Positions 49,401 through 64,000 of a stretch of 64,000 nt of DNA are shown here, in pieces. The translations under genes and the position numbers were made by a program. Source of the DNA: Tubulanus polymorphus. Lineage: Eukaryota; Animalia; Nemertea. Under the pieces are notes generated by a model that did not search any database, had not been told where the DNA came from, and saw nothing but the letters and a program-made list of their open reading frames with translations. Location: positions 4,402,001-4,466,000 of the forward strand of contig NC_134031.1 in the NCBI RefSeq assembly GCF_964204645.1, given 5' to 3'. Each line of letters begins with the position of its first letter. The stretch's first letter is position 1.

Positions 49401-52400
49401 ATCAGTTTTTGACAGACTACTTTCACATTTTCAGCACAGCACATACTATACAATAATTCCAGCACCTTTCGACGTATTGCTTGGTCGGCGTGTTCAAGAC
49501 ATTCGATAACGATATCTTGATGAGGAATGGCATAAGATGGGTTTACTTTTACTATCAAACTTAGACTTTTCACTCCTGAATTAAATGAGAAAAACTGAGG
49601 TCATCAAAAATACAAAACAGTGAAGAAAACCTTGATTATATTGCATCTTGTCTAAATGGGACCACAGAATTTTGCTTGGTTTTAGTTCTTTGTATCTAAG
49701 TGTAAAGTCTAGATATTCAGTATTTAGTCTAGAAATTCAGTGTTTTAGACAGTCTGAGTAAGGCAAAGATAACTGTTCATCACGATTTAAGATAATAAAT
49801 TCCAACAAATCTTTTATCAGAGCCTGCAGTTCGTATTCTTACCTAGATATTTCAAGTTAATGTTTCTAGCAGATAAGAACTTGGTGATGCACTGATTCGC
49901 ACGATCCAGTAGAATGTTATCAGGTTTTATAGTTACTATTGTCTTCACGCACTCATATATCACAGCTACAAATCATCATACAACACAAACTATTAGAACT
50001 ATTCACATTACCGGTAATTGGGCTTGATACTAAGACTAACAAAATTGATACCTTGTTTCTCATTTCGGGTGAGTTTATAAGTTGACCCGACCGGCCACCT
50101 ATCTACCCTGTACGTGACTTTTTGAAAATAATGATCAAGCTAGCCATAACAGAGCCGGCAGTTACAGAAACGAACTGATTTAACATTTTATTTTCGAAAC
50201 AAGGTATCATTTAATCTTAGCCTAAGCTACATTTAGATATTGTCGATGATATTTGTGTAACGGAAGTTAGCTCCTTTGCACGATTCCAATCGTCGGGATG
50301 TTTTAAAAGAGAATATCTATAATAACTGTAGCAATCGTAAATTTATATTATTTCAATTCGTAGCTCTTTACACAAGTATTGTAATGATAAACCATGGTAC
50401 CTAATCCCATTCTTTGCATTGGATCAATTCTCTGTAAAACCTCTATCAGCACGGGATACATAGCACAGCTTATCCTGTAAGAACACAACATCATACCACA
50501 AATATTCTATCTTCACTGAAATTTCGATTATCAAACACGCTTCTACTTACTGATCATTATCAGTGCCTAAACACGCTAATATATGGAGTATTTGAATCTG
50601 CAACCACGGAGCCGGAATGTTGCTGTGTTCAAATTCGCCAGGAAAATGTCGAGAGATTACTTGTTCCAGAATATGTATCAGGCTATAAGCTATTTGTTCG
50701 TGCTTAGTTGGATTCAGCTGAAAGAATAAACGTTCGTAATTTTGCGAAATCGAGGAAGAGATGAAGTCATTGCTTCCTGAAAATCATATTGGTACTGGTA
50801 TACGCATCAGAAAGGCTGTAAAGAGTAAGTCTGCAAAAATAACTAGTGGAACGTAAGTGTGATATTCATGAAAAATCTTCATCCAAATGAAGAAAATCAA
50901 GCAAATTCATGCTAGATACATTGCACTACCAGCTAACCTAACTGATAAATTTCTTGTAGCAAAGACCTCAGTAATAATAATGAATGAAATATTTATGCAG
51001 CCTAAAATCCAGATAGAACACACTCATCGGCTTTACATCATACATAAAAAGAGAACAGCGAAAACTTTTGTTTCAAGTTTTGTTAAAAGCTTTGACGAAT
51101 GGGTTTGAGTCTAGATTTTAAAACATTGATTGAAGAACTAGATTCGATTAGACTAGGCAACATATTCCAGAGTACTGGGGCAGTTTCAACTATATAGCGA
51201 GAACACAGAACAAAATAGGAAACATTGGCTAAATCAATATCATTATATTCTCAAACCTCGATCATGTCTTGATAAATCTGTAACGCGGCCCACATGACAC
51301 CCGGGTCTTTATCGCAGAGAGCTTTTTTGAAGTTATCGTCACTGTGTTCGAGAAGCGAAGGTGCCTTTCGGTAGAAGCTATGTAAACACATCACAGCTCT
51401 TTTACGCACGGAAACTCTGAAAACATAGGTATTAAATTATACATTAATTGTCATCTGGAATGATAGCTCAGGAAACCTCCCTGGCAGGGATTTGAACCAG
51501 ATAGTATCTAGATTCACCACGATACAACACCCTGTCATATTGCCCTAGTGCACAGCTTAGTATATGTCATTATTAGCCAATCAGACAATCCTCCTGTTCT
51601 ATGTCAATTACCCTCAGTGATTATACGATGAGCAATCTGGTTGGTGCCGCAAGTTTTCTTGGGCAAACATCTGTGCAGGATAGTGTGGCAGTAGTATAGT
51701 ACCTAGCCGTCGTTCCACGTTGTAGGGAACCGGTAACAACGACTGGTATTCAGACTAGTGTGGAAGGGTTTCGTGCCGTGGGAGTGTCTAGTGACGCCAT
51801 CAGGTTTGAATCCCTGCTGGGAAAGGATGTGAAAACTTAATAAGCTAATTAAGTATAATTTACTTCTGGTGGGTAATTTTTGCTTCTACCAGTGGCAGTA
51901 TTGCAGGGATAAGTTCTTGACTGATCAGTTTACCAGCCGCTGTCAAACCGGCACAAATTTCAACGACATTCGAGCTCTGCAGATCTTTCTGAATCGTATT
52001 GACGAGCATTATCACCATTTCATCTTGATCGGACAGCAACAGTGATGAAGCCAAATAACCTAAGATAAAAAATAAACTCTTAATAAAATAAAACCCACCA
52101 TAAAATCTTAATAATGAATAATATCAATTATTTATCAACTAGTTGAATAATTAACTAATATTTGGGAAAGCGAGATCAGGGAAATGAGAAAATTTTAAAA
52201 AACTACGTCTCAACTTAAGTCACACAACTTTTATTTTGGATCTTACCAACTCGCTTTTGTGCAAGGGAGCCCTGTTGCGCAAGTTTGACAGCGTAAATCT
52301 GTGCGAACACAACATTATGACCCATCAAACAACAGAATATTGACCGAACTAAACCATCTTTTATTTGGTTCTGAAATGAGATAGAACAAGCCATGAAGTT

Positions 52401-52901
52401 TAGAACCATAAAACTATTGTATGCTACCATAGTTTTATGGGATTAGGTGGTTACCAGTTAGTACTTACCAAACTTATATCTTTGCGTGACAGTCTATCTT
52501 TCAAAAAATCAACTTCTCTCCTCAGAAATTCATTGATTTCCTATACGGCAAGAACAAAGATTGTTTAAATTCTAATGAAGAGCGTGACACCATAAAAAGT
52601 AACAAATTTCTGCAGTGACTGTCTGCAGTTTGGTGTCCCTTATGGACATGGTGACCGGACATGAACAATGAACAGATGAACTACTTCATTCTTTCGTAAT
52701 ACTTTATCACCACTCATTGGAAAGATGACCTAAACCGGCAGTTAGACTGACCGTCTAAAAACTTACGTAACGAGTTCTACATCGAGATAGATTGTCGACG
52801 AATGAAGCAAATCCACGAGTCGTTTGAATACTTCTCGACGATACAACACCAGTAATTAACGAAGGCAGCGAAGCCAATGTCTTTTCTACGATATCGGACA
52901 T
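46498..52901 (-). CDS. AP4E1: AP-4 complex subunit epsilon, 18 exons, about 762 aa
   Basis: Exons 52901-52767, 52540-52469, 52370-52247, 52059-51864, 51416-51257, 50717-50551, 50474-50401, 49965-49843, 49575-49326, 48944-48835, 48614-48505, 48430-48209, 47826-47746, 47632-47524, 47441-47297, 47049-46935, 46852-46781, 46521-46498 (2289 nt, in frame). Epsilon-type motifs MSDIVEKTL, AVKLAQQG..KRVGYLA, IPAPWLQIQ, VDSTLSFMDG, LKMTGIKRVWSKDG, LASALFGG. The last exon is uncertain. Confidence 0.92.
47108..47263. mobile_element. Tc1/mariner (pogo-like) MITE in an AP4E1 intron
   Basis: TIRs CAGTAAACCTCGCCCTACT / AGTAAGGGCGAGTTTTACTG; same family as 25280-25420. Confidence 0.7.
47885..48066 (+). mobile_element. 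Internally deleted copy of the CAGGGTCCCTAC family
   Basis: Both ends match 29766-30145; the middle is missing. Confidence 0.7.
48945..49325 (-). other. U12-type (minor spliceosome) AT-AC intron, AP4E1 intron 9
   Basis: 5' splice site ATATCCTTT at 49325-49317, branch site TCCTTAAT at 48963-48956, AC 3' end at 48946-48945. Splicing restores the frame and homology (TKK-FCIDILWY). Confidence 0.9.
50031..50225. mobile_element. MITE in AP4E1 intron 7
   Basis: TIRs TAAGACTAACAAAATTGATACCTTGTTTC / GAAACAAGGTATCATTTAATCTTAGCCTAA. Confidence 0.7.
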
Positions 52902-53887
52902 ACCGCTATAACGGGTAAAACAATTTGGCGACCTTTGAACGATGTTTCGATTCATTGGAGAGAAGGATGCGGCCTACATCATGATGGTTTCGGTTTTCCA
53001 ACTGTCAAAAAGGCGACGGATAATATTCACACGGTATCGAACTTGGTCGAAGATAAACGGCGGAATAGGACTTACGCTGCCGAAATTTAGTGCGTGAACC
53101 CGATGTAACAATTTCAGCAGCACACTTGCCACAGATGGCAACTAATTCTCACCCGCTTTATTTTTGACCAATTAAAATATTTCGCCCTAAAAGGTCGTCA
53201 AACGCTTTATATTTGAATGATGATAATTTTCTTTCGATCATTTCTATATAGCCTAGACTAAAAAATTGTTGGAAAAATCCTTCCCCGGTGGTGCAAGACC
53301 GATCCTCAGACATTCACTTTTCGTCAGGTCAACAAGTCGATTGGAATTACCTCAGCTTAGTGACAGCACAGTTAGCCAACCACCTTCAGAAGGATTCCTA
53401 GCCGCCCTCTGCACCAGGGAGACCAGCGCCAAACACATGATTTATCTCTCTCCTGTTGCATTTATACCGCACAATGCAGCAACATACTACACAGATACAG
53501 AAATAATTTACACTTACAATTAATTTTTTGATAAACTTCTTCGTTATATTATAATCTTTTAGATAAAAATACATAAAACTATTATTAACAAAACATTTAA
53601 TCTTCACATTAAGACCAATAAAATGATCTAGAAGTGACTATCGCAATAAGTTGACCACCATTACAACATTAAGTGAAACAATAAGATTATTTCAGAAAAG
53701 TATTTTCCCAGTGTCCGACTTGTTTTCTCCGGCTTTTTAATCATTACATTGAACAACAAATCATCGACATAATATTTAAGTGTAGTAATAATATTTACAA
53801 ACAGTAAGTATTTCAAAACTATTTTTCATAGACAAGTCAATAATGAAAGCGAGGAAAAAGAGTACCGGTACATTTAGAGTCAGTTTA

Positions 53888-56273
53888 TCATGACAGCTTT
53901 GTTCCACACACGATCCCAACTATTACTGCCAACAAAATCAGGAATGGCAGCCACGTTTTGATAAAACCCATACAACTGCAAACAAAAATGAAAACAAATT
54001 AGTACCATATATGTATGTGGCTTGGAATGAGCAGATTTTCTAAAATTCTTAACCCTTTCAGTGCACTGCTGTGTGGTGTATTAATCGGTGATGGACTTAG
54101 CTAGTACACCGCATGATGGTGTATTGATGTTATTAGTAATTAGTTTTTACCTCTATTGGAAGATAGCAGCATCTGTCAAACATAGTGAAATATCGGTAAC
54201 TAACGATGCACCATGTGCGTGGTGTCAGCCCACTTAAGCGGTAAGCTTGTTATTCAAACCCTGGGGTGGAATTCTTTAAAATTATCTCCAGCACCTTCGG
54301 GTATCAATTAGTCAGCTCTGAAAGGTTTACGTGGCCAAACTCATGCCCAACATACCTGACATATTTACTATATATTAGCATATAGAATGCTAATTTGACC
54401 ATGTTCCACGTAGTTGATCCATTATAGTTCATTGTATTTAGGGCATACGCGACGTGCGAATGGCAGTTGTCACAAAATAGATTGTGCTAAAAAAAGGTAA
54501 AAAATATCATTAAAGCCCCACGAAATTCAGTACATATTTCGATTTTACGACAGCAGAACAAATATTTCCCAATTCATCTAAGCAATTCAGGGGCAGATCC
54601 GGGATAATTGGAAGACGGGGGTCCAGAAAGATATAAATTTTTTTTCGGATGAAGCAGCCATGTCTAAGGCAACTAATGGGTTATCGACCTCGGTATTAGA
54701 TATTTTTGAGGAAAAAAAGCTGAAAGGATGCTATTTCAAAGAGGATGAGCATCATATCTAAAGTTTTCATACAATCGGTCTCGAGGAAGGCAGGGGTCCG
54801 GACGCTCGAGATCAGCCCCTAAATCCGCCCCTGCAATTCACAAATAATGCAGTTTGTGTCTATTGGAACTTTTTCATACCATTCTTGTTTTATATTCTTC
54901 GGATGCTTCTTTCACACCGTTGTCCCATATTTCGCGATTTTTCACTTTGTCCAACGACAGCTGCCAATACCTGCCGAACATAAAAATGCATTAAACTCAC
55001 ATATAATCGACTGATGATTTAAAATGATCAGATTTTAACTCACTTTGTAGGAGTACCAAACGCCATGTCATCTTCCTAGAAGAAAAATTTTAAAAGTTAA
55101 CAAGAGCAACAATAGGTACTTACCAACATAAATTGGTAATCTTATCAAATACCTGACGATCTTATGGGTTACCTCTAGTCTGAATAACCCCGACTATCTA
55201 TTAGATACTAAACTAAAGTTAGTTATTCAGTACAAAGATTCAATGATAACTTACTGAAACATAATAAGGTCCAGCGAAATCTCTGATAACTCCGGAAGAT
55301 GTAGCGATTCCCATGTGTCCAATGAAAGGAAACAGCCAACTGAAATGAGTACAGTTTAAAAAGCAGAATGATTACTTTTTCCGAAATAGCATCAGGAAAG
55401 CATGTTGTTGTAGTGGCGGATCCAAGGGTACCGGTATGTGCGGGGGTCTCACGCGAACCCCCTTTTTTGACCAAGTGAACTTGGAATTTTCTCTCCACGA
55501 TTTTTGTTTAGAAAATGGTGAAATTGTGAGCATATTTCAACCAGGAAAGTGCTTGGAATGCACCTAGATATATCTTAGTCAGTAACCTGTCTGTGGCTTA
55601 GTTTCACAATCGGATATTTTCACAAACCACATATAAGTATCTATTACTTATTATAGTATTGGTATAAGCCCATCCGGTTATAAAAAGCTTACCACCAACA
55701 ATCAAGTAACTAACTAGATATATCTAAGTTGTCAAAGTTGTCTTTGGGAGGACTGCATGTAAATTATCTCTTTTATTATCATTACTATTATTAACCCATA
55801 CCTTCTATGCACATTAGATGCATTTTTAGGTGCATTCTGAGAAATATCCTGATTGATTGTACGCAGTCACAGACACAGGTGGCGCAACACCGGGTTGGAA
55901 ACCTATGATTTTTGGGGGAGAAAATTCCAGGTCATTCAGGCAAAAAAGGGGGCGTGTGCCCCTGGTGGGTCCACCCGTGAATATCGTTATCAAGAAAAGT
56001 CCCTGTGGTTGAAATTAGGAGCTAATTTAGACTAGCACTGTCAAGCGAGGGCCCTTTTTGCGCCGGGGGGTGGGAAAAAAAAGCTTACGTTAAAAGGGGT
56101 ATTGGGGTCCATACAATACAGTGAGGATACCGACATTTCTTTGGGTCGATTCTGTTTGATACATGGAGGGGTAATGATGGTGTCATACTGCTGTCACTGC
56201 CACCGCTGGACGTTGAAGAGCTTTTCTTTACCCCTAGACCTGAATCACTCGGATAATACGAACTGTCAGCCAT
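53888..56273 (-). CDS. TMEM222: Transmembrane protein 222 (RTE1-like), 6 exons, 203 aa
   Basis: Exons 56273-56089, 55339-55255, 55075-55044, 54970-54880, 54486-54356, 53975-53888 (612 nt, in frame). Motifs [55 protein letters not shown]. Confidence 0.95.
54049..54329. mobile_element. piggyBac-like MITE in TMEM222 intron 5
   Basis: TTAA-CCCTTTCAG at the left end and CTGAAAGG-TTTA at the right end. Confidence 0.5.
54588..54833. mobile_element. MITE of the CAGGGGCGGATCC family with 5-bp TSD
   Basis: TIRs CAGGGGCAGAT / ATCCGCCCCTG flanked by CAATT on both sides. Confidence 0.75.
55576..55716 (-). mobile_element. AcademH-like MITE with 9-bp TSD
   Basis: TAGTCAGTAAC...GTAACTAACTA flanked by GATATATCT direct repeats; inverted homolog of 56712-56808. 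Confidence 0.75.
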
Positions 56274-56711
56274 AACGTAAACAATGCTATTTACCACCCA
56301 AAACCGATATACACGTCCAATCAAACTCATGCAGTGAACTATGGGTATGGAAGCCCGATAGGGTAAAGATGCACAATTTCATGGTTAGTTGGATGGTAAG
56401 ATTTACGGGATTCGAACCAATTCCATTTCGTGAAACTATTTTTCGCGGCACAGTAGACTGGTTGCCTGTCTAATTTCTAAAATATAGACCAGCAACCAGT
56501 CGAACCCGGGACAAGCGCTGATTGCTTAAGTCAAGATACACGACCACAGCCATTCCGCATGAGTGACCGGGGTTCGTCGCGAGTCGATGGAATCCCGTAT
56601 TCATGTTTGAGAGCCCCGATTTTGCGTGGTGTTTCTCATCAGAAAAGCGAAATGCCCTACCGCAATCAACACATTCCTGCCCGGCACTCCGCGTACATGC
56701 TAAGGTTCACC

Positions 56712-56808
56712 TAGTTAGTTACCTAATCGTTGGTGGAAAGCTTTTATAATCGGTTGGGTTGTGAAAATATCTGATCGTGAAACTAAACCACAGACGGGTT
56801 ACTGACTA
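56712..56808 (+). mobile_element. AcademH-like MITE with 10-bp TSD
   Basis: TAGTTAGTTACC...GGTTACTGACTA flanked by AAGGTTCACC (56702-56711, 56809-56818). Confidence 0.75.
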
Positions 56809-56912
56809 AAGGTTCACCGTAGTCTCGCGCTTATCTATAAAAAAGTGTCTGACTGTCTGCCGTATTCTAAACATTTTAGCTGATATAGGAGGCTTTTGTT
56901 AGCGATATACTG

Positions 56913-59790
56913 ATGGATACACAAGGCATGGTAAGATGCTTCTGCAGTGCTTAGCATTACATTCTTATTCAGTAGATTTTTGATGGGCAATGAATCATTT
57001 CCCGGCAATCAGCACTTTTCGGCAGCTGCTTATTGAAAATGAAATAACTAAAATTGATTTAAGGTCTATGTTGCTTTGCAGGGTTTTCAAAAATTCATGC
57101 CAAAATACTTATCCAATAGCACTAAACAAAAATATGCTGCTTAGCTGTGCGTGATTTAGAAAAATTACTAAACTAAGTCTTGGTTCAATGTCTCGCGAAC
57201 ATTTTGTCGTAAACAAAATGCGGTACCACAACCGACCTACATCATTATGATAATAATGAAATTGAAACGCGTCACGCGAGCGTCATATTCAAACCTTTTT
57301 TTCAGTCGATAAACTGCAAAGGAGCAGTCTTATGGAGTTATAATGAACCGCTTGTTATCGAAGACATTCAAGTGGCACCACCTAAATCTAATGAGATACG
57401 CGTAAAGGTTTGTGTATCATAATCACTAGACCCAGTTACATTATATCTACAAATACATTACATAAGCTAGAGTTAATAAATCAAACTTACAGGCTCAAAG
57501 TTGGATTTGATTATTAACAGGCCTACCGATAGGCCTACACGGTTCATCTTTTCATCTAAGATACTTTTAAAAGTCAATTTAACCTAAACTTTATAGCCTC
57601 GACTATAGTAGACTGATATTCTCAGTGTAGATTAACAAATAAAAACCCACAATAGGCTTATGTAGAAAAGTTTAATTTTGGATTTCTTTGATGATGGGGT
57701 TAACAAGTAACCCCGAAACCGGTTTGACTGCTGAATTAAGTCCTGGGTTGGAAACCATTCTGGCAGGGCGTTCCTTTCTGCGTTCATACTATAAAATTAG
57801 TTTTATCCGAATAGGTTGCTGCTGTTGGCGTCTGTCATACAGATTATACTCTTGTAAAAGGTCTAGGCAGTGGTTTCGGTCCGCTGCCAGTTGTACCCGG
57901 TCACGAAGGGGCTGGAATCGTCGAAAGTGTCGGAAATGGTGTTAAGAGATTTGAACCCGGTAAAACAAACGCTTATATGTGTATAAAAGATTTAAACCTA
58001 CTCTACTTTGATCCACAATCGAATTGGTTTATAATCTACTTCAGGGGACCATGTCGTGATGATCCCGGCTCCGCAGTGTGACAACTGTGAAATTTGTCTT
58101 GCCCCCGGGAACTACTGTTGTGTCCATGGGTATGTACAAATAACTGAACATCGCACATGCATATACCAGTACTTCAAAACTTATAAAACTTATCATTAAA
58201 ACTTTCGAGACAATAATTTTTAGATTGAAGATCTTTTAAAAAATCATTTCAGAAAAGAGATTCGCGTCCCAACTCGCGGAAATCATTTTGATGGTACAAA
58301 GCGGTTCTCTAGCAAAGGAAAGGAATTGTCATGTATGTTTGGGGTTTCCTCGTTTATAGAGTACACGGTCGTACACGAAACAATGGCGCAAAAGGTTCGA
58401 TTCTTCGCGAATAGGAATATTTTATCAATCGACGATGACTTATCTCGTACATTTTTACGATATTCATTTCATTTTTAGGTTGACCCGGATATACCTTTCG
58501 ATGAGCTGTGTTTATTTGGATGCTGTGTACCTACCGGGTATTTTTCGGCCGCGCATACCGGCGCCGTTACGAAAGATTCCGTGTGCGCTGTGTTTGGACT
58601 GGGAGCTGTAGGTTTAACGGCCATCATGGCTTGTAGATCAAACGGCGCTAAGCGTATCATCGCAATCGATATAAACCCAGCTAAATTCGAAGTCGGTTAG
58701 TGGCAGAATTTCGTACACAATATCATATCAAATTTACGCAATTCAAATACGATAAAAACTAAGACATTCTACGCGGGAACGGATCATGAGTTTTTGGGGT
58801 TAGATAAGAACTGGGGGTCCAGTTTTAAAAACAAGTAAAACTTCTTGCTCGTGAAACTTGTCCTTCGCATTTTGAACGGATTCACAGCTCTTTCGAATTT
58901 TTTCGGATGGAACCCCGTGACTCGATTACGTGCAAATCTATTCGATACTTGACTCGTATTCTTACAGCTAAGATTTGCGGTGCTACTGATTTCATTAACC
59001 CTAAGGACTACGATGACCAACCAATGGCAGACGTGATAGAAAAATTGATTGGTAGTTTATGCGACGTTACCATCGAATGTGTTGGATTACAAGAAACCGT
59101 GGTTTGTATCCCCACTGAGGGTTCGTTTTGTTTTCTAAATGCTTCTTGTCTTGATGTACCCAATGTTGTTTTACTCTTGCAGAAAGACGCATTTTTATGT
59201 TCTCATTCTTCGTACGGCGTCTGTGTCGTTAACGGTGCACTTCCGGCTGGGAAAGATATTAATATACCAGCATTTGAGTTACTGCGGGGCAGAACAATCA
59301 AAGGGGCTATCCTAGGAGGTAAAGAATAATAGTTTCATAGTTTTAGAAGTTCCATAGTTTATAGCGGAAAGTATGTTAAAGACTCATAAGATTAATGACG
59401 CTCCATTTGAAATCATACGGTAAGAATATTCTATTTCATAGGTAAGAAAACCTTAGATGGGTTGAAAGAATTGTGTGATTTATACAAGGCTAAACAACTT
59501 AATCTCGATGCATTGATAACTCATAGAATGACTCTGGAACAAGTTAACGAAGCTCTGGATATTCTTGAACAAGGAAAAAGGTGAACATATACTACGTGTG
59601 AGATCACTTCTATCCGTCTTGATTCATGTGGAAAATCTGTTTCAATTATAGGAACGGTCATAATTCGTTATTCAAATGGTTTGATGCTGGTCGTTGACGA
59701 TCCTAGCTAACAACGTCAGATAGAATACTGTATTTCTTTATTCTATTTTCCAGTATTCGAACAGTGATAACTTTAGCTGCTGAACAATAA
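56913..59790 (+). CDS. Zn-dependent medium-chain alcohol dehydrogenase (class III-related, divergent), copy A, 10 exons, 384 aa
   Basis: Exons 56913-56930, 57306-57407, 57815-57959, 58045-58129, 58253-58394, 58479-58695, 58968-59101, 59183-59318, 59442-59580, 59754-59790 (1155 nt). Catalytic Zn motifs GVCHTD, GHEGAG and FGCC; structural Zn CxxCxxC..C; Rossmann VFGLGAVG; IAIDIN. Confidence 0.93.
57686..57728 (+). ncRNA. Degenerate minimal type I hammerhead ribozyme motif (Penelope-type) in ADH-A intron 2
   Basis: UUGAUGA-U-GGGGUUA(ACAAG)UAACCCC-GAAA-CCGG-UU: perfect 7-bp stem II and palindromic stem III, with C3 changed to U and a weak stem I. Confidence 0.55.
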
Positions 59791-60027
59791 AGACAGTCTA
59801 CATTGAACCATATATATATATATACATTGAATCGGAAATATATGCCTATGATATCATGTTTAAATCGAAGAAATTTCACGTAGAAAAATAATCAAGATTG
59901 GATATTGAAAAATCACACAGAATCAGAAAAAAATCTCTGCCATTACAAAATTTATAGTCTTAATGTTTTCCTCATTTCGATGATGATTCACGGCGGAATT
60001 TTCGACGTCTGCTTGGTTGTTGAATTT

Positions 60028-60126
60028 GTCGGTGCTAAGAGTCGGGCAAAGCTGACATCTGTCGGTGCTAAGAGTCGGGCAAAGCTGACATCTGTCGGTG
60101 CTAAGAGTCGGACAAAGCTGACATCT
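60028..60126. repeat. 33-bp tandem repeat x3 upstream of ADH copy B
   Basis: GTCGGTGCTAAGAGTCGGGCAAAGCTGACATCT at 60028, 60061 and 60094 (one mismatch in the third copy). Confidence 0.95.
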
Positions 60127-60268
60127 GAGTGAAAAGCTACGAAGTGCACTGGTAGATCACGTATACGTTTATAACTGTATTTTTATGAAAATTCCCATAA
60201 TACATTGCACTATCAACCCGTTCATTGCAGTCAGACTTTTGACAGAATTAGAATAGTCCGATTACCCC

Positions 60269-63004
<2,736 letters not shown>

Positions 63005-63759
63005 GGATGTATGCATGTTGGAACATCACCGACTTAAACATATTCTGCTTTTACATATGATATAGATGCTTTTAACCGAAGATGATATCGATCATGAATT
63101 TTCATGTTAACAAGAATCTCCTATCAAGATATCAAGATTTCAAGATATTTGCTAGTATCTACTTATTTCAGATTAGATTAGATTAGATGCGCATCGAATC
63201 GGAAACGAAATAAAGATATTTTAATCAAATTTTTTTTCACGTATTTTAGTTCTTTTTTTCGCCAATACTGTAATAATGATCAGGCGGGTGCGCGCTGAAA
63301 TCTCCGATGAACATACTCGGTGACCACGTATACGGCGTAGTCTAATTGTTGGTTGACGTTGTCGTTGCTAAGGTTGACTTTTTACGTCAGATATTTCATG
63401 TTCGATCGCTTCGATGATGGAAATCCTTTTCATTAAGACATTCCGAGACTGCCTGCTCTTTTGTATTCAGCTATTCTAATCAGCCGGTGGGAATATGTGA
63501 ACACGATATTTAATGGTCCACGAGAATCATGTTAAGATGTCAACGCAACTGATATGTACAGATTGCGCAGGAATTGCGCGCAGTCTCTCCGTTCCTGATC
63601 AGTCAGTTCAATAATCAATTTTTGAAATCAACCAATCGTCGTGCGTGTAATCCCCTCATGTTTATTCAAAGCAGCCGCGCTCGGCCCGAAACCCATCACT
63701 TTCAAAAGTTGTTGTTCACTTAACAGAAGGAGACAATCACAAATACGACGTTATTGAAT

Positions 63760-64000
63760 ATGATACACTATTTAGCTTATGTTTTATTCAACTTTGTCGT
63801 CGGACTAAACGGCTTTTATGTGGAAAGGTATATAAAGCCCCCGGAACAACTATCAGACGCTTTCAGATACGATATCTCCCTAGACCAAGCCGGTAAACTT
63901 CATTTATTTTGGGATATTTCTCCGAAAACCGAGGACATATTTTTCCTCGTGAAAGCCAAACTTGAAGAAGGCGAATGGTTGGGCATCGGTTTCTCCGATT
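63760..64000 (+). CDS. Partial first exon of a dopamine/tyramine beta-hydroxylase-like (DOMON domain) monooxygenase
   Basis: Open frame from ATG 63760 to the window end: hydrophobic leader then YDISLDQAGKLHLFWDI..IFF..WLGIGFSD, matching the start of a DBH-type DOMON domain. Confidence 0.75.
   Translation, partial: MIHYLAYVLFNFVVGLNGFYVERYIKPPEQLSDAFRYDISLDQAGKLHLFWDISPKTEDIFFLVKAKLEEGEWLGIGFSD

Noticed and set aside
60028-60126. 33-bp repeats of CRISPR-like length
   Set aside because: The repeats are contiguous with no spacers, there are no cas genes, and the DNA is eukaryotic.

Overview
Intron-rich, AT-rich genomic DNA from an invertebrate metazoan. The gene models below were built by hand from splice sites and reading-frame continuity. 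Gene order: a possible partial gene at the left edge (-); ACBD6 (-); atypical PKC (+, 17 coding exons, 596 aa); about 17 kb with no coding sequence; Ski/Sno (-, 551 aa, convergent with aPKC); tRNA-Leu(CAG) (-); AP-4 epsilon adaptin (-, about 762 aa, apparently lacking the ear domain); TMEM222 (-); two tandem Zn-dependent alcohol dehydrogenases (+); and the first exon of a DBH/TBH-like DOMON monooxygenase cut by the right edge. Introns and intergenic DNA carry many MITEs and a CORE-like tRNA-SINE. Main observations: (1) a U12-type AT-AC intron in AP4E1; (2) two candidate routes to a PKM-like aPKC, an in-frame internal first exon and a 15-nt hinge microexon; (3) aPKC-Ski adjacency as in vertebrates but with flipped orientation; (4) a palindromic Smad element GTCTAGAC upstream of Ski; (5) a decayed minimal hammerhead ribozyme motif in an ADH intron; (6) ADH duplicates that have lost class III signature residues. 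No database searches were run, and comparisons to human proteins are from recall.
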